Part shown: positions 17,512 to 27,689 of the stretch, piece after piece
Layout: each line of letters begins with the position of its first letter
How positions within the stretch are numbered: position 1 is the first letter of the stretch
Source of the DNA: an uncultured Clostridium sp.
GTDB lineage: Bacteria > Bacillota > Clostridia > TANB77 > CAG-508
NCBI GenBank assembly: GCA_900555615.1
Contig: USMB01000001.1
Coordinates: 64,470-128,469, forward strand
Direction: 5' to 3'
DNA: 64,000 nt
Position numbers and translations under genes: made by a program
The notes under the pieces: generated by a model
The model's input: the letters and a program-made list of their open reading frames with translations, nothing else
What the model was told of the DNA's origin: nothing
Databases searched by the model: none

Positions 17512-18723
17512 ATGGAAAGACAAATATTACATGTAGATGTTAATAATGCATTTTTAAGTTGGTCAGCTGTAGAAATGCTGAAAAACGGGAGTAAAATAGA
17601 CATAAGAGAAATTCCATCAGTAATAGGTGGGGATGAAAATAGGAGGTCTGGAATAGTACTGGCTAAAAGTCCAAAAGCCAAGATTTTTGGGATATCAACA
17701 GGAGAAACATTATATCAAGCTAGAATGAAGTGTCACAATTTACAAGTATATCCAATGAACTATAAATTATATAAAGAAAATTCGAATAAATTATATCAAT
17801 TATTGTTACAATATACGGATAAAATAGAAAGATTCAGTATAGACGAATGCTTTTTAGATATGACAAATTGTTTAATGGGAGCAAATTTATTAGAAAAAGG
17901 ATATGAAATAAATAAAAGAGTAAGAGAAGAATTAAAATTTACAGTAAATGTTGGAGTGGCTCATAATAAGTTGTTAGCCAAAATGGCATCAGATTTTACA
18001 AAACCAGACAGAGTGCATACTTTATTTGAAGATGAAATTCCACAAAAGATGTGGCCATTGTCAGTATCAGAATTATTAATGTTAGGAAGAAAAACAATTC
18101 CAAAATTATATAATATGAGAATAAAAACAATAGGACAATTAGCAAACACAGATAAAGAATTATTAACGAAGAAATTCGGAAAACATGGCACAATGATGTG
18201 GGAATATGCAAATGGAATTGATAATTCAGAGGTACATTATCAATTTGAAAAGCCAAAAGGGATAGGAAATTCTACAACATTGCCAGTAGATGTAAGTGAA
18301 ATAGCAAAATTAGAAGAAGTGTTATTAGCATTAACAGAACAAGTGACGTATAGATTAAGAAAATATAATATGTTAGCAAATGTTGTAAATGTTCAGCTAA
18401 GAACTAAAAACTTTGAAGATACATCACATCAAAGAAAATTGCTAGAAGCAACATCGAGTACAAAAGAAATTTATAATGTAGCAAAAGAGCTTTTACATGA
18501 GATGTACAAGCAAGGGACACAAATAAGATTAATTGGAATGAGAGTAGATAGTCTTATTGAAAAGGATGAAAAACAGTTATCATTTTTTGATAATGAGCAG
18601 AATGAGAAACAAGAAAAGCTTGATAAAGTGGTAGATGAGTTAAAACAGAAATATGGATATTCTAGTATTACAAGAGCGGGAAAGTTAAATTTAGAAGGAA
18701 AAATAAAATTGAAAGATGTGTAA
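17512..18723 (+). CDS. Y-family translesion DNA polymerase (UmuC/YqjW-like; commonly annotated DNA polymerase IV)
   Basis: The N-terminal motif HVDVNNAFLSWSAVE resembles the UmuC-type DVNAFYAS, and the catalytic DE sits in SIDECFLDMT. ATG at 17512 lies downstream of the promoter, and the listed start at 17419 spans the rny terminator and the promoter. Confidence 0.88.
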   Translation: MERQILHVDVNNAFLSWSAVEMLKNGSKIDIREIPSVIGGDENRRSGIVLAKSPKAKIFGISTGETLYQARMKCHNLQVYPMNYKLYKENSNKLYQLLLQYTDKIERFSIDECFLDMTNCLMGANLLEKGYEINKRVREELKFTVNVGVAHNKLLAKMASDFTKPDRVHTLFEDEIPQKMWPLSVSELLMLGRKTIPKLYNMRIKTIGQLANTDKELLTKKFGKHGTMMWEYANGIDNSEVHYQFEKPKGIGNSTTLPVDVSEIAKLEEVLLALTEQVTYRLRKYNMLANVVNVQLRTKNFEDTSHQRKLLEATSSTKEIYNVAKELLHEMYKQGTQIRLIGMRVDSLIEKDEKQLSFFDNEQNEKQEKLDKVVDELKQKYGYSSITRAGKLNLEGKIKLKDV

Positions 18724-18744
18724 TTGGGGTCGGTCCTTTTTTTT
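18722..18744. repeat. Solitary half-unit of the dispersed palindromic repeat family
   Basis: The sequence is AATTGGGGTCGGTCC followed by T8. Its reverse complement matches 34228-34247 exactly over 20 nt (AAAAAAAGGACCGACCCCAA). Confidence 0.75.
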
Positions 18745-18760
18745 ACATATGGAGGTGGAA

Positions 18761-20038
18761 GTGAATTTGAATATTATAGAAATTGCTAATAAAATAAAAG
18801 AGTGTGGAGGAAAACTTTATTTGGTTGGTGGAGCTGTAAGAGATGAATTGCTTAGGAAAGAAGCACAAGATAAAGACTATTGTGTTGTAGGATTAAATTC
18901 AGAACAATTTAAACAACTATTTCCTCAAGCGAATATAAGAGGAAAGGCCTTTGAAGTATTTGATTTAGAGGGAAGCGAATTTGCTATGGCGCGAACTGAA
19001 ACTAAGATTGGAAAAGGTCATACTGAATTTAAAATTGAAACAAATCCACAAATAACAATAGAACAAGATTTAGCAAGAAGAGATATTACAATAAATTCAA
19101 TTGCACAAGAGGTTTTAACAGGAAAGATAATAGATCCATTTAACGGAATTAATGATATAAAAAATAAAATTATTAGAGCAACAACAGAGGCATTTAAAGA
19201 AGATCCTCTAAGAGTATATAGAGTAGCGAGATTTGCAGCACAATTGAATTTCAAAGTAGAAAAAGCTACATTAGAGCAAATGTACGAATTAAAAAACGAG
19301 TTAAACACATTATCAAAAGAGAGAGTTTTTGAAGAATTAAAAAAAGCATTGAATACAAGAACTCCATCAATATTTTTTAATGTTTTAAAAGAAGCAAAAG
19401 TTTTAGAAATTCATTTTAAAGAAATCAATGCTTTGATTGGTGTAGAACAACCTATACAATATCATCCAGAAGGAGATGTATATAATCATACTATGTGTGT
19501 ATTGGATATGGCTGCAAATTTAACTGAAAAATATGAATTTAATAGAAAGTTAGAAATTAGATTTTCAGCATTGGTTCATGATTTAGGAAAAGGAACAACT
19601 CCAAAAGCGATGTATCCTCATCACTATGGACATGAAGAAAGAGGAGTGGAATTAGTCAGAAAATTTTCAAAAAGAATTGGACTACCAAATGCTTGGGATA
19701 GATGTGGCAAAACAGCATGTATAGAACATATGAGAGGCGGAATTTTTTATAAAATGAAACCAGCTAAAAAAGTTGAATTTATAGAAAGAGTAGATAAATC
19801 ATTATTAGGATTAGATGGACTTCAAATTATAGTTATAAGTGATAAAACAAGTGGAGGAAGAAAGGAGAATACAGAAAATATTGATTTTGAAAAAATCGGC
19901 AAAGAATGTTTAAAAGAAATTAATGGAGAATATATTAAAAATAGATATAAAATAGAAAATGGGATTCAATTTAGAAACAAATTACATGAAGAAAGAGTCA
20001 AATGGATGAAAGATATTGAAAAAAATAAGCAGTTGTGA
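18761..20038 (+). CDS. cca: CCA-adding tRNA nucleotidyltransferase with HD domain
   Basis: Head-domain motif LYLVGGAVRDELL and HD motif ALVHDLGKG. The start is GTG at 18761 after GGAGGTGG; ATG at 18749 is an alternative. Confidence 0.85.
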   Translation: MNLNIIEIANKIKECGGKLYLVGGAVRDELLRKEAQDKDYCVVGLNSEQFKQLFPQANIRGKAFEVFDLEGSEFAMARTETKIGKGHTEFKIETNPQITIEQDLARRDITINSIAQEVLTGKIIDPFNGINDIKNKIIRATTEAFKEDPLRVYRVARFAAQLNFKVEKATLEQMYELKNELNTLSKERVFEELKKALNTRTPSIFFNVLKEAKVLEIHFKEINALIGVEQPIQYHPEGDVYNHTMCVLDMAANLTEKYEFNRKLEIRFSALVHDLGKGTTPKAMYPHHYGHEERGVELVRKFSKRIGLPNAWDRCGKTACIEHMRGGIFYKMKPAKKVEFIERVDKSLLGLDGLQIIVISDKTSGGRKENTENIDFEKIGKECLKEINGEYIKNRYKIENGIQFRNKLHEERVKWMKDIEKNKQL

Positions 20039-20060
20039 TTAAATAGGAAAAGAAAGGTGG

Positions 20061-22085
20061 ATGAATATGAATAAAAAAATTGTAATAGGAATTGTTGTAA
20101 CAATAATAGTAATAGTGTTTGCTGTTGCTGGTGGAGTAATAGCATATAGAATGACCAGAGATACAAGTAAGCCAGAAGATGTATTGATAAAATATGTTGG
20201 ATATGTTAATGAGCAAAATTATGAAGAAATGTATAAGCTATTAACAAATGATTCAAAAGAGCAAATTTCAAAGGAAGATTTTATATCTAGAAATAAGAAT
20301 ATATATGAAGGTATTGATATGACAGATATGAAAATTGAAATAACTAATGTAACAGAAGAAAATTCTAAAACATATGTAATTTCATATAATCAATCAATGA
20401 ATTCAGAAGCGGGAAAGATAGAATTTGAAAATACAGCTAATGTTATTAAAGATAAAGAATTAGGGTATCAATTAAACTGGAAATCAAGCTTAATATTCCC
20501 AAATTTAAGTAGTACTGATAAAGTTAGAATTAAAACAATTTCTGCAGAAAGAGGCAGCATTGTTGATAAAAATGGAAATATGTTAGCTGGACTTGGTACT
20601 GTATCTTCTGTTGGAATTGTTCCAGGAAAGCTTGGAGAAAACAAAGATGAAAATATAGAAAAGATTGCAAATTTACTTGGAACAACTGCAGATTCTATCA
20701 ATAAAACTTTGTCAGCTTCTTGGGTAAAAGATGATACATTTGTACCGCTTAAGAAGATTCAGGTAGACTCAATTGAACTTAAAGAGCAATTGCTTCAAAT
20801 ACCAGGAATTAAAATAACAAGTACTAAATCGAGAGTTTATCCATTAGGAGAAGCTTCTGCACATTTAGTTGGATATGTTCAAAATATAACAGCAGATGAA
20901 TTAAAAGAAAACAGAGGTAAAGGCTATACAAGTACTAGTGTTATAGGAAAAGCTGGATTAGAGAAAAAATATGAAAAAAGGCTAAAAGGCAAAGACGGAG
21001 TTGAAATTTATATTGAAGATTCAGATGGCAAGAGAAAAAAGGATATTGCAAAAATTGATGTTCAAAATGGAGAAACTATTAAATTAACAATAGATTCAAC
21101 AATGCAATCAAAACTATATAATGAATTAAAAAATGATGCAGGATTTTTTGTAGTAATGCATCCAAATACTGGAGCATTGTTAGCATTAGTTAGTACACCA
21201 TCATATAACCCAAATGATTTTACATTAGGATTAAGTACAGAAAAATGGAATTCTATTAAAAATAATGAGAATAAGCCAATGCTTACAAGATATTTGCAAA
21301 GTTATTGCCCAGGTTCAACATTTAAAGCAGTAACAGGTGCTGTAGGATTAACAACTGGAAAGTTAAGTACAAGTGATATATTTTCTTATAGTGGTTTAAG
21401 TTGGAAAAAAGATGGCTGGGGTCAATATGATATCACTACTCTTACAGCATATAGTGGACCTAAAAATCTAGAAAATGCTATGATTCACTCAGATAATATT
21501 TATTTTGCACAAGCAGCATTACAAATAGGTGCAAAGAGCTTTACAAGTGGATTAAAGCAAATTAAATTTGGAGAAAACATTGACTTCACATTAGGAAATA
21601 TAAAATCACAATATGCAAATAATGGAGAAATTTCTAATGAAAAAGTTCTTGCAGATAGTGGATATGGTCAAGGTGAAATACTTGTAAATCCAATACATAT
21701 GGCTTCCATTTATTCAGCATTTGCAAATGATGGAAACATGATAAAACCATATTTAGAAGAAGGAACAGAAACATCATATTTAGTTGAAGGAGCATTCACA
21801 AAAGAAGCGGCTAATACAATTAAAGAAGACTTAATTCAAGTTGTAGAAAATCAAGAAGGAACAGCTAAAGATATGAGAGTTCAAGGAAGAACTATTGCTG
21901 GAAAAACTGGAACTGCAGAATTGAAAGGCTCAAAAGATGCAGAAGCAGATGTTCTAGGATGGTTTGACTGCTTCACTTCAGACAATGATAGCAATCAATT
22001 GCTAGTTATCAGTATGGTTGAGAATGGAAGAAGCCTTGGAGGAAGTCATTATTTAATAAATAAAATTAAAACAAATTTATTTTAA
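20061..22085 (+). CDS. Class B penicillin-binding protein of the PBP5/PBP2a/PbpC type (NTF2-like MecA_N domain)
   Basis: By my recollection the sequence is collinear with Enterococcus PBP5 and MecA. The N-terminal NTF2-like region is QNYEEMYKLLTNDSKEQISKEDF. Transpeptidase motifs are STFK, SDN and KTGT. Confidence 0.88.
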   Translation: MNMNKKIVIGIVVTIIVIVFAVAGGVIAYRMTRDTSKPEDVLIKYVGYVNEQNYEEMYKLLTNDSKEQISKEDFISRNKNIYEGIDMTDMKIEITNVTEENSKTYVISYNQSMNSEAGKIEFENTANVIKDKELGYQLNWKSSLIFPNLSSTDKVRIKTISAERGSIVDKNGNMLAGLGTVSSVGIVPGKLGENKDENIEKIANLLGTTADSINKTLSASWVKDDTFVPLKKIQVDSIELKEQLLQIPGIKITSTKSRVYPLGEASAHLVGYVQNITADELKENRGKGYTSTSVIGKAGLEKKYEKRLKGKDGVEIYIEDSDGKRKKDIAKIDVQNGETIKLTIDSTMQSKLYNELKNDAGFFVVMHPNTGALLALVSTPSYNPNDFTLGLSTEKWNSIKNNENKPMLTRYLQSYCPGSTFKAVTGAVGLTTGKLSTSDIFSYSGLSWKKDGWGQYDITTLTAYSGPKNLENAMIHSDNIYFAQAALQIGAKSFTSGLKQIKFGENIDFTLGNIKSQYANNGEISNEKVLADSGYGQGEILVNPIHMASIYSAFANDGNMIKPYLEEGTETSYLVEGAFTKEAANTIKEDLIQVVENQEGTAKDMRVQGRTIAGKTGTAELKGSKDAEADVLGWFDCFTSDNDSNQLLVISMVENGRSLGGSHYLINKIKTNLF

Positions 22086-22104
22086 TACATAAGAAGGAGA
22101 AAAA

Positions 22105-23274
22105 ATGGAAGGTAAATTTAAAGAATATTCAGCAACTCCTAACAATCCTAATTGGGAGAAAATAATCAAAAGAGAAAAAGAAATTTATAAAAGAGAAAAT
22201 GATATGCGTTCAGAATTTGAAAGGGATTATACAAGAATATTACATTGCAATGCATATAGACGTTTAAAGCATAAAACACAAGTATTCTTTTCGCCAGAGA
22301 ATGATCATGTATGTACAAGAATTGAACATGTAATGCATGTTGAGTCAGTAAGTTATACAATTGCAAAATATTTTGGATTAAATACAGAACTAACCAAAGC
22401 AATAGCCACAGGGCATGACATAGGTCATAGCCCATTTGGCCATGCTGGTGAAAGAATATTATCAGAAATATCACAAAAAGAGATTGGTGAAAACTTTTGG
22501 CATGAAAGAAATGGTATGGAATATGTAGACAAAATCGAATTATTGCAAGATATGAACCAAAATTGGCAAAATTTGAATTTAACATATGCAGTAAGAGATG
22601 GAATAATTTCACACTGTGGCGAGATTGATGAAAATAGTTTAAGACCTAGAGAAGAATATATTAATTTATATGATTATGAATATCCAAACCAATATGCACC
22701 ATATACTTGGGAAGGATGTGTAGTAAAAATTGCAGACAAAATATCTTATTTAGGTAGAGACATAGAAGATGCAATTACTTTAGAAATTTTAGATGAAAAG
22801 CTAGAAGAATTATATAAAATTTTAAAACAAAAAGAAGTAATAAATAACACAGTAATAATAAATCATTTGATAGGTGATTTATGTGAAAACTCTTCTCCTG
22901 AAAAAGGTTTATGCTTTTCAGAAGGTACATTTAAGATGTTGAAAGAAATAAAAGAATTTAATTACAAATATATTTACAAAGCAGAAAGATTAAAACCATC
23001 TGCAAGATATTTTAATATAATTATAAACGAGATTTATTCTACAATCAAAAACAATTATGGCAAAAAAGATAAATCAGTTAATCCAGAAGTAATTGAAAGC
23101 TTTGAAAAATGGCTATCAAACTATTGGAACTTGAAGCGAAATGATAAGAATAAAAATGATGTTATTTTTGATATGAAAAATGAAAGAGATTTTTGCAAAG
23201 CCATCATTTATTACATATCAGGAATGACAGATAATTTTGCAATAGAAACATATAACAAAATTGTTGGATTTTAA
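22105..23274 (+). CDS. dGTP triphosphohydrolase-like HD-domain protein
   Basis: RDYTRILHCNAYRRLKHKTQVF, HD motif GHDIGHSPFGHAGE, and a C-terminal GMTDNFA. Confidence 0.85.
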   Translation: MEGKFKEYSATPNNPNWEKIIKREKEIYKRENDMRSEFERDYTRILHCNAYRRLKHKTQVFFSPENDHVCTRIEHVMHVESVSYTIAKYFGLNTELTKAIATGHDIGHSPFGHAGERILSEISQKEIGENFWHERNGMEYVDKIELLQDMNQNWQNLNLTYAVRDGIISHCGEIDENSLRPREEYINLYDYEYPNQYAPYTWEGCVVKIADKISYLGRDIEDAITLEILDEKLEELYKILKQKEVINNTVIINHLIGDLCENSSPEKGLCFSEGTFKMLKEIKEFNYKYIYKAERLKPSARYFNIIINEIYSTIKNNYGKKDKSVNPEVIESFEKWLSNYWNLKRNDKNKNDVIFDMKNERDFCKAIIYYISGMTDNFAIETYNKIVGF

Positions 23275-23366
23275 AATTAATATTTTATGAAGATATGTTA
23301 AAGAATATTGAAAAGTTTAATAAAGTTTGCTAATATAGATAAAAAGACAGAAGATAGGAGTTAAAA

Positions 23367-24401
23367 ATGGAAAAGACTAAGAAAACTAAAAAAACATTAA
23401 TGAATATAATTGTATTTATTCTATTAATTGTATTAACATTTGTATTAATTTTTAAAGACCAAGATGTTTCACAGATATTAACTGCAGCAGCAGGAGCAAA
23501 GAAAAGATATATATTTATTGGAATTATTGCAATGTTTATATACATTATGTGTGAGGCAATAAATATCGGAAGAGTACTAAAAGAATTCAAACAAAAATCA
23601 ACATTTTTAAAAAATATAAAATACACATTGATTGGATTTTTCTTTAGCTCTATAACACCAGCAGCAAGTGGTGGGCAACCAATGGAAATTTATTATATGC
23701 ATAAAGATGATATTCCAGTTGCATATTCAACATTGGCATTAATGATGCAACTTTGTAGCTTTCAAATTGTAACAATAACAATGGGAATTATAAGTGCTAT
23801 TATACATTTTGATGTGTTACAATCAGGATTGATATATTTATTTATATTAGGAATTACATTGAATTCATCAGCATTAGCATTGTTGATTATAGGAATATTT
23901 TCAAAAAAATTGTCAAGAGGATTAATAAATTTTGCATTAAAAGCATTGAAATTCTTTAGAGTTAAAAACATAGAGCAAAAACAAGAAAAAATGGAAAAAG
24001 AATTAGAATCTTATCAAGAAAGCGCAGTATATGTAAAACAACATAAAAAATTAATGCTAAAAACAGTTTTAACTACAGTAGTACAATTGTTAGCATATTA
24101 CAGTGTACCATATTGGGTATATAGAGCTTTAGGATTTAATATATATAATTTATGGCAAGTATTAACATTACAAGCTGTGTTATATGCAACAGTATCAGGA
24201 ATTCCATCACCAGGGGCAGTTGGAGTAAGTGAAGGTGGATTTTTAGGAATATTTAGAAATGTATTTCCAGAAGCAATGCTAAGTAGTGCAATGTTATTAA
24301 GTAGAGGAATAAATTTCTATTCATTAATCTTAATTAGTGCAGTAATTGTTATTATAAATACGATGAGAGATAAAAAGACAAAAGCTGCAGAAGAAGGTTG
24401 A
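23367..24401 (+). CDS. Flippase-like polytopic membrane protein (lysylphosphatidylglycerol-synthase TM-region / UPF0104 type)
   Basis: About 8 TM segments, with the motifs TPAASGGQPMEIYYM and PSPGAVGVSEGGF typical of this family as I recall it. Confidence 0.7.
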   Translation: MEKTKKTKKTLMNIIVFILLIVLTFVLIFKDQDVSQILTAAAGAKKRYIFIGIIAMFIYIMCEAINIGRVLKEFKQKSTFLKNIKYTLIGFFFSSITPAASGGQPMEIYYMHKDDIPVAYSTLALMMQLCSFQIVTITMGIISAIIHFDVLQSGLIYLFILGITLNSSALALLIIGIFSKKLSRGLINFALKALKFFRVKNIEQKQEKMEKELESYQESAVYVKQHKKLMLKTVLTTVVQLLAYYSVPYWVYRALGFNIYNLWQVLTLQAVLYATVSGIPSPGAVGVSEGGFLGIFRNVFPEAMLSSAMLLSRGINFYSLILISAVIVIINTMRDKKTKAAEEG

Positions 24402-24457
24402 TTTTTTTTACGATGTGAAATATAATTCATGTTAGATTAAAATTAGGAGGGATATTT

Positions 24458-25147
24458 ATGATAAAATTAGTATTAGTAAGACACGGACAAAGCAAATGGA
24501 ATCTAGAAAATAGATTTACAGGATGGACAGATGTAGAACTATCTGAACAAGGAGTAAGAGAAGCTAAAGAAGCTGGAAAGGTATTAAAAGAAAAAGGATA
24601 TCATTTCGATTTAGCATATACATCAGTTTTAAAAAGAGCTGAACATACATTAGACTTAATTTTAAAAGAAATGGGAGAAGAAAATATCGAAATTAAGAGA
24701 AGCTGGAGACTTAATGAAAGACACTATGGAGCTTTACAAGGTTTAAACAAAGACGAAACAAGAAAAAAATACGGTGATGAACAAGTATTGCTTTGGAGAA
24801 GAAGCTCAGATGTAAGACCACCAGAATTAGAAGTAACAGATCCAAGATATCCAGGAAATGACCCTAAATACAAAGACTTAACAGAAGATGAATTACCAAA
24901 AACAGAAAACTTAATAGATACAATAAAAAGAGTTATGGAATATTGGAATTCAGACATAAAACCAGATTTAGAAAAAGGTAGAAATATAATAATAGCAGCA
25001 CATGGAAACAGTTTAAGAGGTTTAATGAAATATCTTGACGATATTAGTGATGAAGACATAGTAAAACTAGAAATTCAAACAGGAAATCCAATTTGCTATG
25101 AATTAGATGATAACTTAAAACCAATTAGACATTACTATGTAAAATAA
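24458..25147 (+). CDS. gpmA: 2,3-bisphosphoglycerate-dependent phosphoglycerate mutase
   Basis: [30 protein letters not shown] and AAHGNSLR. Confidence 0.95.
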   Translation: MIKLVLVRHGQSKWNLENRFTGWTDVELSEQGVREAKEAGKVLKEKGYHFDLAYTSVLKRAEHTLDLILKEMGEENIEIKRSWRLNERHYGALQGLNKDETRKKYGDEQVLLWRRSSDVRPPELEVTDPRYPGNDPKYKDLTEDELPKTENLIDTIKRVMEYWNSDIKPDLEKGRNIIIAAHGNSLRGLMKYLDDISDEDIVKLEIQTGNPICYELDDNLKPIRHYYVK

Positions 25148-25160
25148 AGGAGATTTAAAA

Positions 25161-25841
25161 ATGAAAAAATTTGAAAATATATTATGGGGAATAGCATTTA
25201 TAGTAGTCGGATTAATTTTAGCAGGAAATGCAATAGGAATAACAAATATAGACATATTTTTTGATGGTTGGTGGACATTATTCATTATAGTGCCATGTTT
25301 TATAGGATTATTTAATGATAGTGATAAAACAGGAAATGTAATAGGATTAGTTATTGGAGGAACTTTATTATTAGCATGTCAAGGATTATTAAACTTCGAA
25401 ATGGTATGGAAATTAGTAGTACCAGTAGCATTAGTAATAATAGGTGTATCAATAATTTTTAAGGATTCAATCCATGGAAAAATAAATTCTGAAATAAGTA
25501 AGATAAATAAAAGTCAAAAAGATATACCTTCATATTGTGCAACATTTTCAGAACAAAATGCAAATTTTGAGAATGAAGAATTTAAAGGAGCTGATTTAAC
25601 AGCTGTATTTGGAGGAGTAAAATGTGACTTGCGTCAAGCTATTATCAATTCAGACACAGTTATAAAAGCAGAATCAATATTTGGAGGAGTAGAAATATAT
25701 GTACCTTCAAATGTAAAAGTAAAAATCAAATCAACTCCAATATTTGGAGGGGTAACAGACAAGTCTGTTCATAACCAAGAAAGTGAGCACACTATTTATA
25801 TTAATTCAACATGTATATTTGGAGGAGTTGATATAAAATGA
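25161..25841 (+). CDS. LiaF-like cell-envelope stress protein (4 TM segments plus LiaF C-terminal domain)
   Basis: N-terminal TM bundle with DGWWTLFIIVPC, and C-terminal repeats of FGGV (FGGVKCDL, FGGVEIYVP, FGGVTDK, FGGVDIK). Confidence 0.7.
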   Translation: MKKFENILWGIAFIVVGLILAGNAIGITNIDIFFDGWWTLFIIVPCFIGLFNDSDKTGNVIGLVIGGTLLLACQGLLNFEMVWKLVVPVALVIIGVSIIFKDSIHGKINSEISKINKSQKDIPSYCATFSEQNANFENEEFKGADLTAVFGGVKCDLRQAIINSDTVIKAESIFGGVEIYVPSNVKVKIKSTPIFGGVTDKSVHNQESEHTIYINSTCIFGGVDIK

Positions 25842-26656
25842 ATGTAGTTCAAAAAATAATAAAATATTTAGCAATAGCATTAGCTATATTTATAATAATT
25901 AATATTGTTTCAGTCGCATTAAGCATATTGTGGGGAGTGGCTTGGCTTAGTGGGGTTGCTAAAGATGCCCCAATAATAGAGAGTCAAGAAGAGATCTATT
26001 CTACAATAGGAAATACAGATATTACAACATTAAAAATAGAACTAAATGCATCAAATTTAGAAATAAAAAATGGTGAAATGCTTAGAGTAGAAACTAATAA
26101 TTTGAATGTTAAATGTAATCAAGAAGGAAGCCAATTGATAATAAAAGATAAAACCAAAAATTGGTTTTCTAAAAGAAGTGACGAAAGTCAAATTATATTA
26201 TATATGCCAGCAAATATGCTTTGGGACAGTGTGAAGATCGATTCAGGAGCAGGAGAGCTTAATATAGAAGAATTAGCAACAAGAAATTTTGATTTTGATA
26301 TGGGTGCTGGAAAAGTTGTAATAAAAAAATTGAATGTATCTAATAAAACAGAAATTGATGGAGGAGCCGGAAAAGTCGAAATTTTATCTGGCGCTATGAA
26401 TAATTTGAAATTAAATGCAGTAGTTGGAGAGTTTACTTTGAACGCTAAATTAATAGGCAGAAATGATGTGAATGCAGGCGTTGGAAAAATAAACTTTAAC
26501 CTAACTGATGGAACTGAAAATTATAAAATTAAAGTAAATAAAGGTATAGGTTCTATTACTATTGATGGCAAGGAAACAATAGATGGAAACGAATATGGAC
26601 ATGGAGAAACATATATAGACATTGATGGTGGAGTAGGAGCTATTGAGATAAAATAA
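25838..26656 (+). CDS. DUF4097/LiaG-like beta-strand repeat protein
   Basis: N-terminal TM followed by repeated (D/G)xGAG(E/K)(L/V) strands (DSGAGELNI, DMGAGKVVI, DGGAGKVEI). The start overlaps the upstream stop (ATGA). Confidence 0.65.
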   Translation: MNVVQKIIKYLAIALAIFIIINIVSVALSILWGVAWLSGVAKDAPIIESQEEIYSTIGNTDITTLKIELNASNLEIKNGEMLRVETNNLNVKCNQEGSQLIIKDKTKNWFSKRSDESQIILYMPANMLWDSVKIDSGAGELNIEELATRNFDFDMGAGKVVIKKLNVSNKTEIDGGAGKVEILSGAMNNLKLNAVVGEFTLNAKLIGRNDVNAGVGKINFNLTDGTENYKIKVNKGIGSITIDGKETIDGNEYGHGETYIDIDGGVGAIEIK

Positions 26657-26671
26657 TAATTTGGTAATTTT

Positions 26672-26717
26672 GTATCGGGGATTTTTTTGACAAGAGTGTC
26701 AAAAAAACACCCGGTAT
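26672..26717. repeat. Nested palindromic repeat unit (member of the dispersed family)
   Basis: GTATCGGGGA-T7-GACA-agag-TGTC-A7-CACCCGGTAT. The outer arms are imperfect and the inner TGACA/TGTCA hairpin is perfect. Confidence 0.75.
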
Positions 26718-26737
26718 TATTTTGTTATTTTTGCGTT

Positions 26738-26766
26738 TTGACAAATTTATATAAGAATGATAGAAT
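26738..26766 (+). promoter_or_regulatory. Promoter candidate of the ABC-2 / zinc-ribbon operon
   Basis: TTGACA (26738-26743), a 17-nt spacer, then an extended -10 TGaTAGAAT (26758-26766). Confidence 0.55.
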
Positions 26767-26797
26767 AAAATCAATTTATAAAAAGGGGATTACAAAA

Positions 26798-27688
26798 ATG
26801 GGGCTAAAAATAGAAAAAGTAAGTAAATATTTTGGTGAAAAATTAGCAGTAGATAATATCAGTTTTGATATAAATAAACCAGGAGTATTTGGGTTATTAG
26901 GAACAAATGGTGCAGGAAAATCAACGACAATAAGAATGATGCTTGGAATACTAAAAAAGGATTCAGGTGAAATTACATGGAATGGTAAAAAAGTAGAAAG
27001 GAAAAATGTTAATTTTGGATATTTACCAGAAGAAAGAGGAATTTATCCAAAGTCTAAAATTTACGAGCAATTATTATATTTTGCAGAATTAAAAGGTATG
27101 AAAAAAGAAAACGCAAGTAAAGAAATTGATTATTGGATGGATAAGCTAAAAGTATCAGAATATAAAAATATGACAGCAGAGAAACTTTCTAAAGGAAATC
27201 AACAAAAAGTTCAATTTATAACAGCTATATTAAATGATCCAGAATTAATAGTGTTAGACGAGCCATTTAGTGGTTTAGATCCAGTTAATACAGAATTGCT
27301 AAAAGAAGTAATTCTAGAATTAGTTGAAAAAGGCAAATATATTGTAATGTCAAGTCATCAAATGACATCAATTGAGGAATTTTGCAGTGATGTTGTCATT
27401 GTAAATAAAGGCAAAACTGTGTTAAAAGGAAATTTGAAAGAAATAAAAGATGCATATAAAGCAAATAGATTAATTATTAATACAAAACAAGATATTACAG
27501 CAGAAATCAAAGATTTAAATTTGAATATCGAGAAAAACATAGATAATAATTATGAGATAAAAATCGAAAATGAAGAAATAGCACATACTTTATTAAAAAA
27601 TCTAGTAAATAAAAATATTGAGATTGATAAATTCGAATTAAAGAAGCCAACTCTAAATGACATCTTTATAGAAAAGGTAGGTGAATAA
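26798..27688 (+). CDS. ABC transporter ATP-binding protein (ABC-2/NatA-like)
   Basis: Walker A GTNGAGKST, signature LSKGNQQK and Walker B LIVLDEP. ATG at 26798 follows AAAAGGGGA; the listed start at 26687 runs through the palindrome and the promoter. Confidence 0.9.
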   Translation: MGLKIEKVSKYFGEKLAVDNISFDINKPGVFGLLGTNGAGKSTTIRMMLGILKKDSGEITWNGKKVERKNVNFGYLPEERGIYPKSKIYEQLLYFAELKGMKKENASKEIDYWMDKLKVSEYKNMTAEKLSKGNQQKVQFITAILNDPELIVLDEPFSGLDPVNTELLKEVILELVEKGKYIVMSSHQMTSIEEFCSDVVIVNKGKTVLKGNLKEIKDAYKANRLIINTKQDITAEIKDLNLNIEKNIDNNYEIKIENEEIAHTLLKNLVNKNIEIDKFELKKPTLNDIFIEKVGE

Positions 27689-27689
27689 A

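Noticed and set aside
22105-23274. dGTPase-like gene as an anti-phage defence gene
   Set aside because: It is a single gene in a housekeeping context with no partner defence genes, and the sequence looks like the ordinary Dgt-like HD family.
26687-26797. N-terminal extensions proposed by the ORF track (also 17419-17511, 48604-48657, 41842-41985, 41892-42032, 31854-31952, 5002-5058)
   Set aside because: The extensions run through terminators, palindromic repeats or promoters and lack RBSs. Internal ATG or GTG codons with good Shine-Dalgarno spacing coincide with the conserved protein N-termini.
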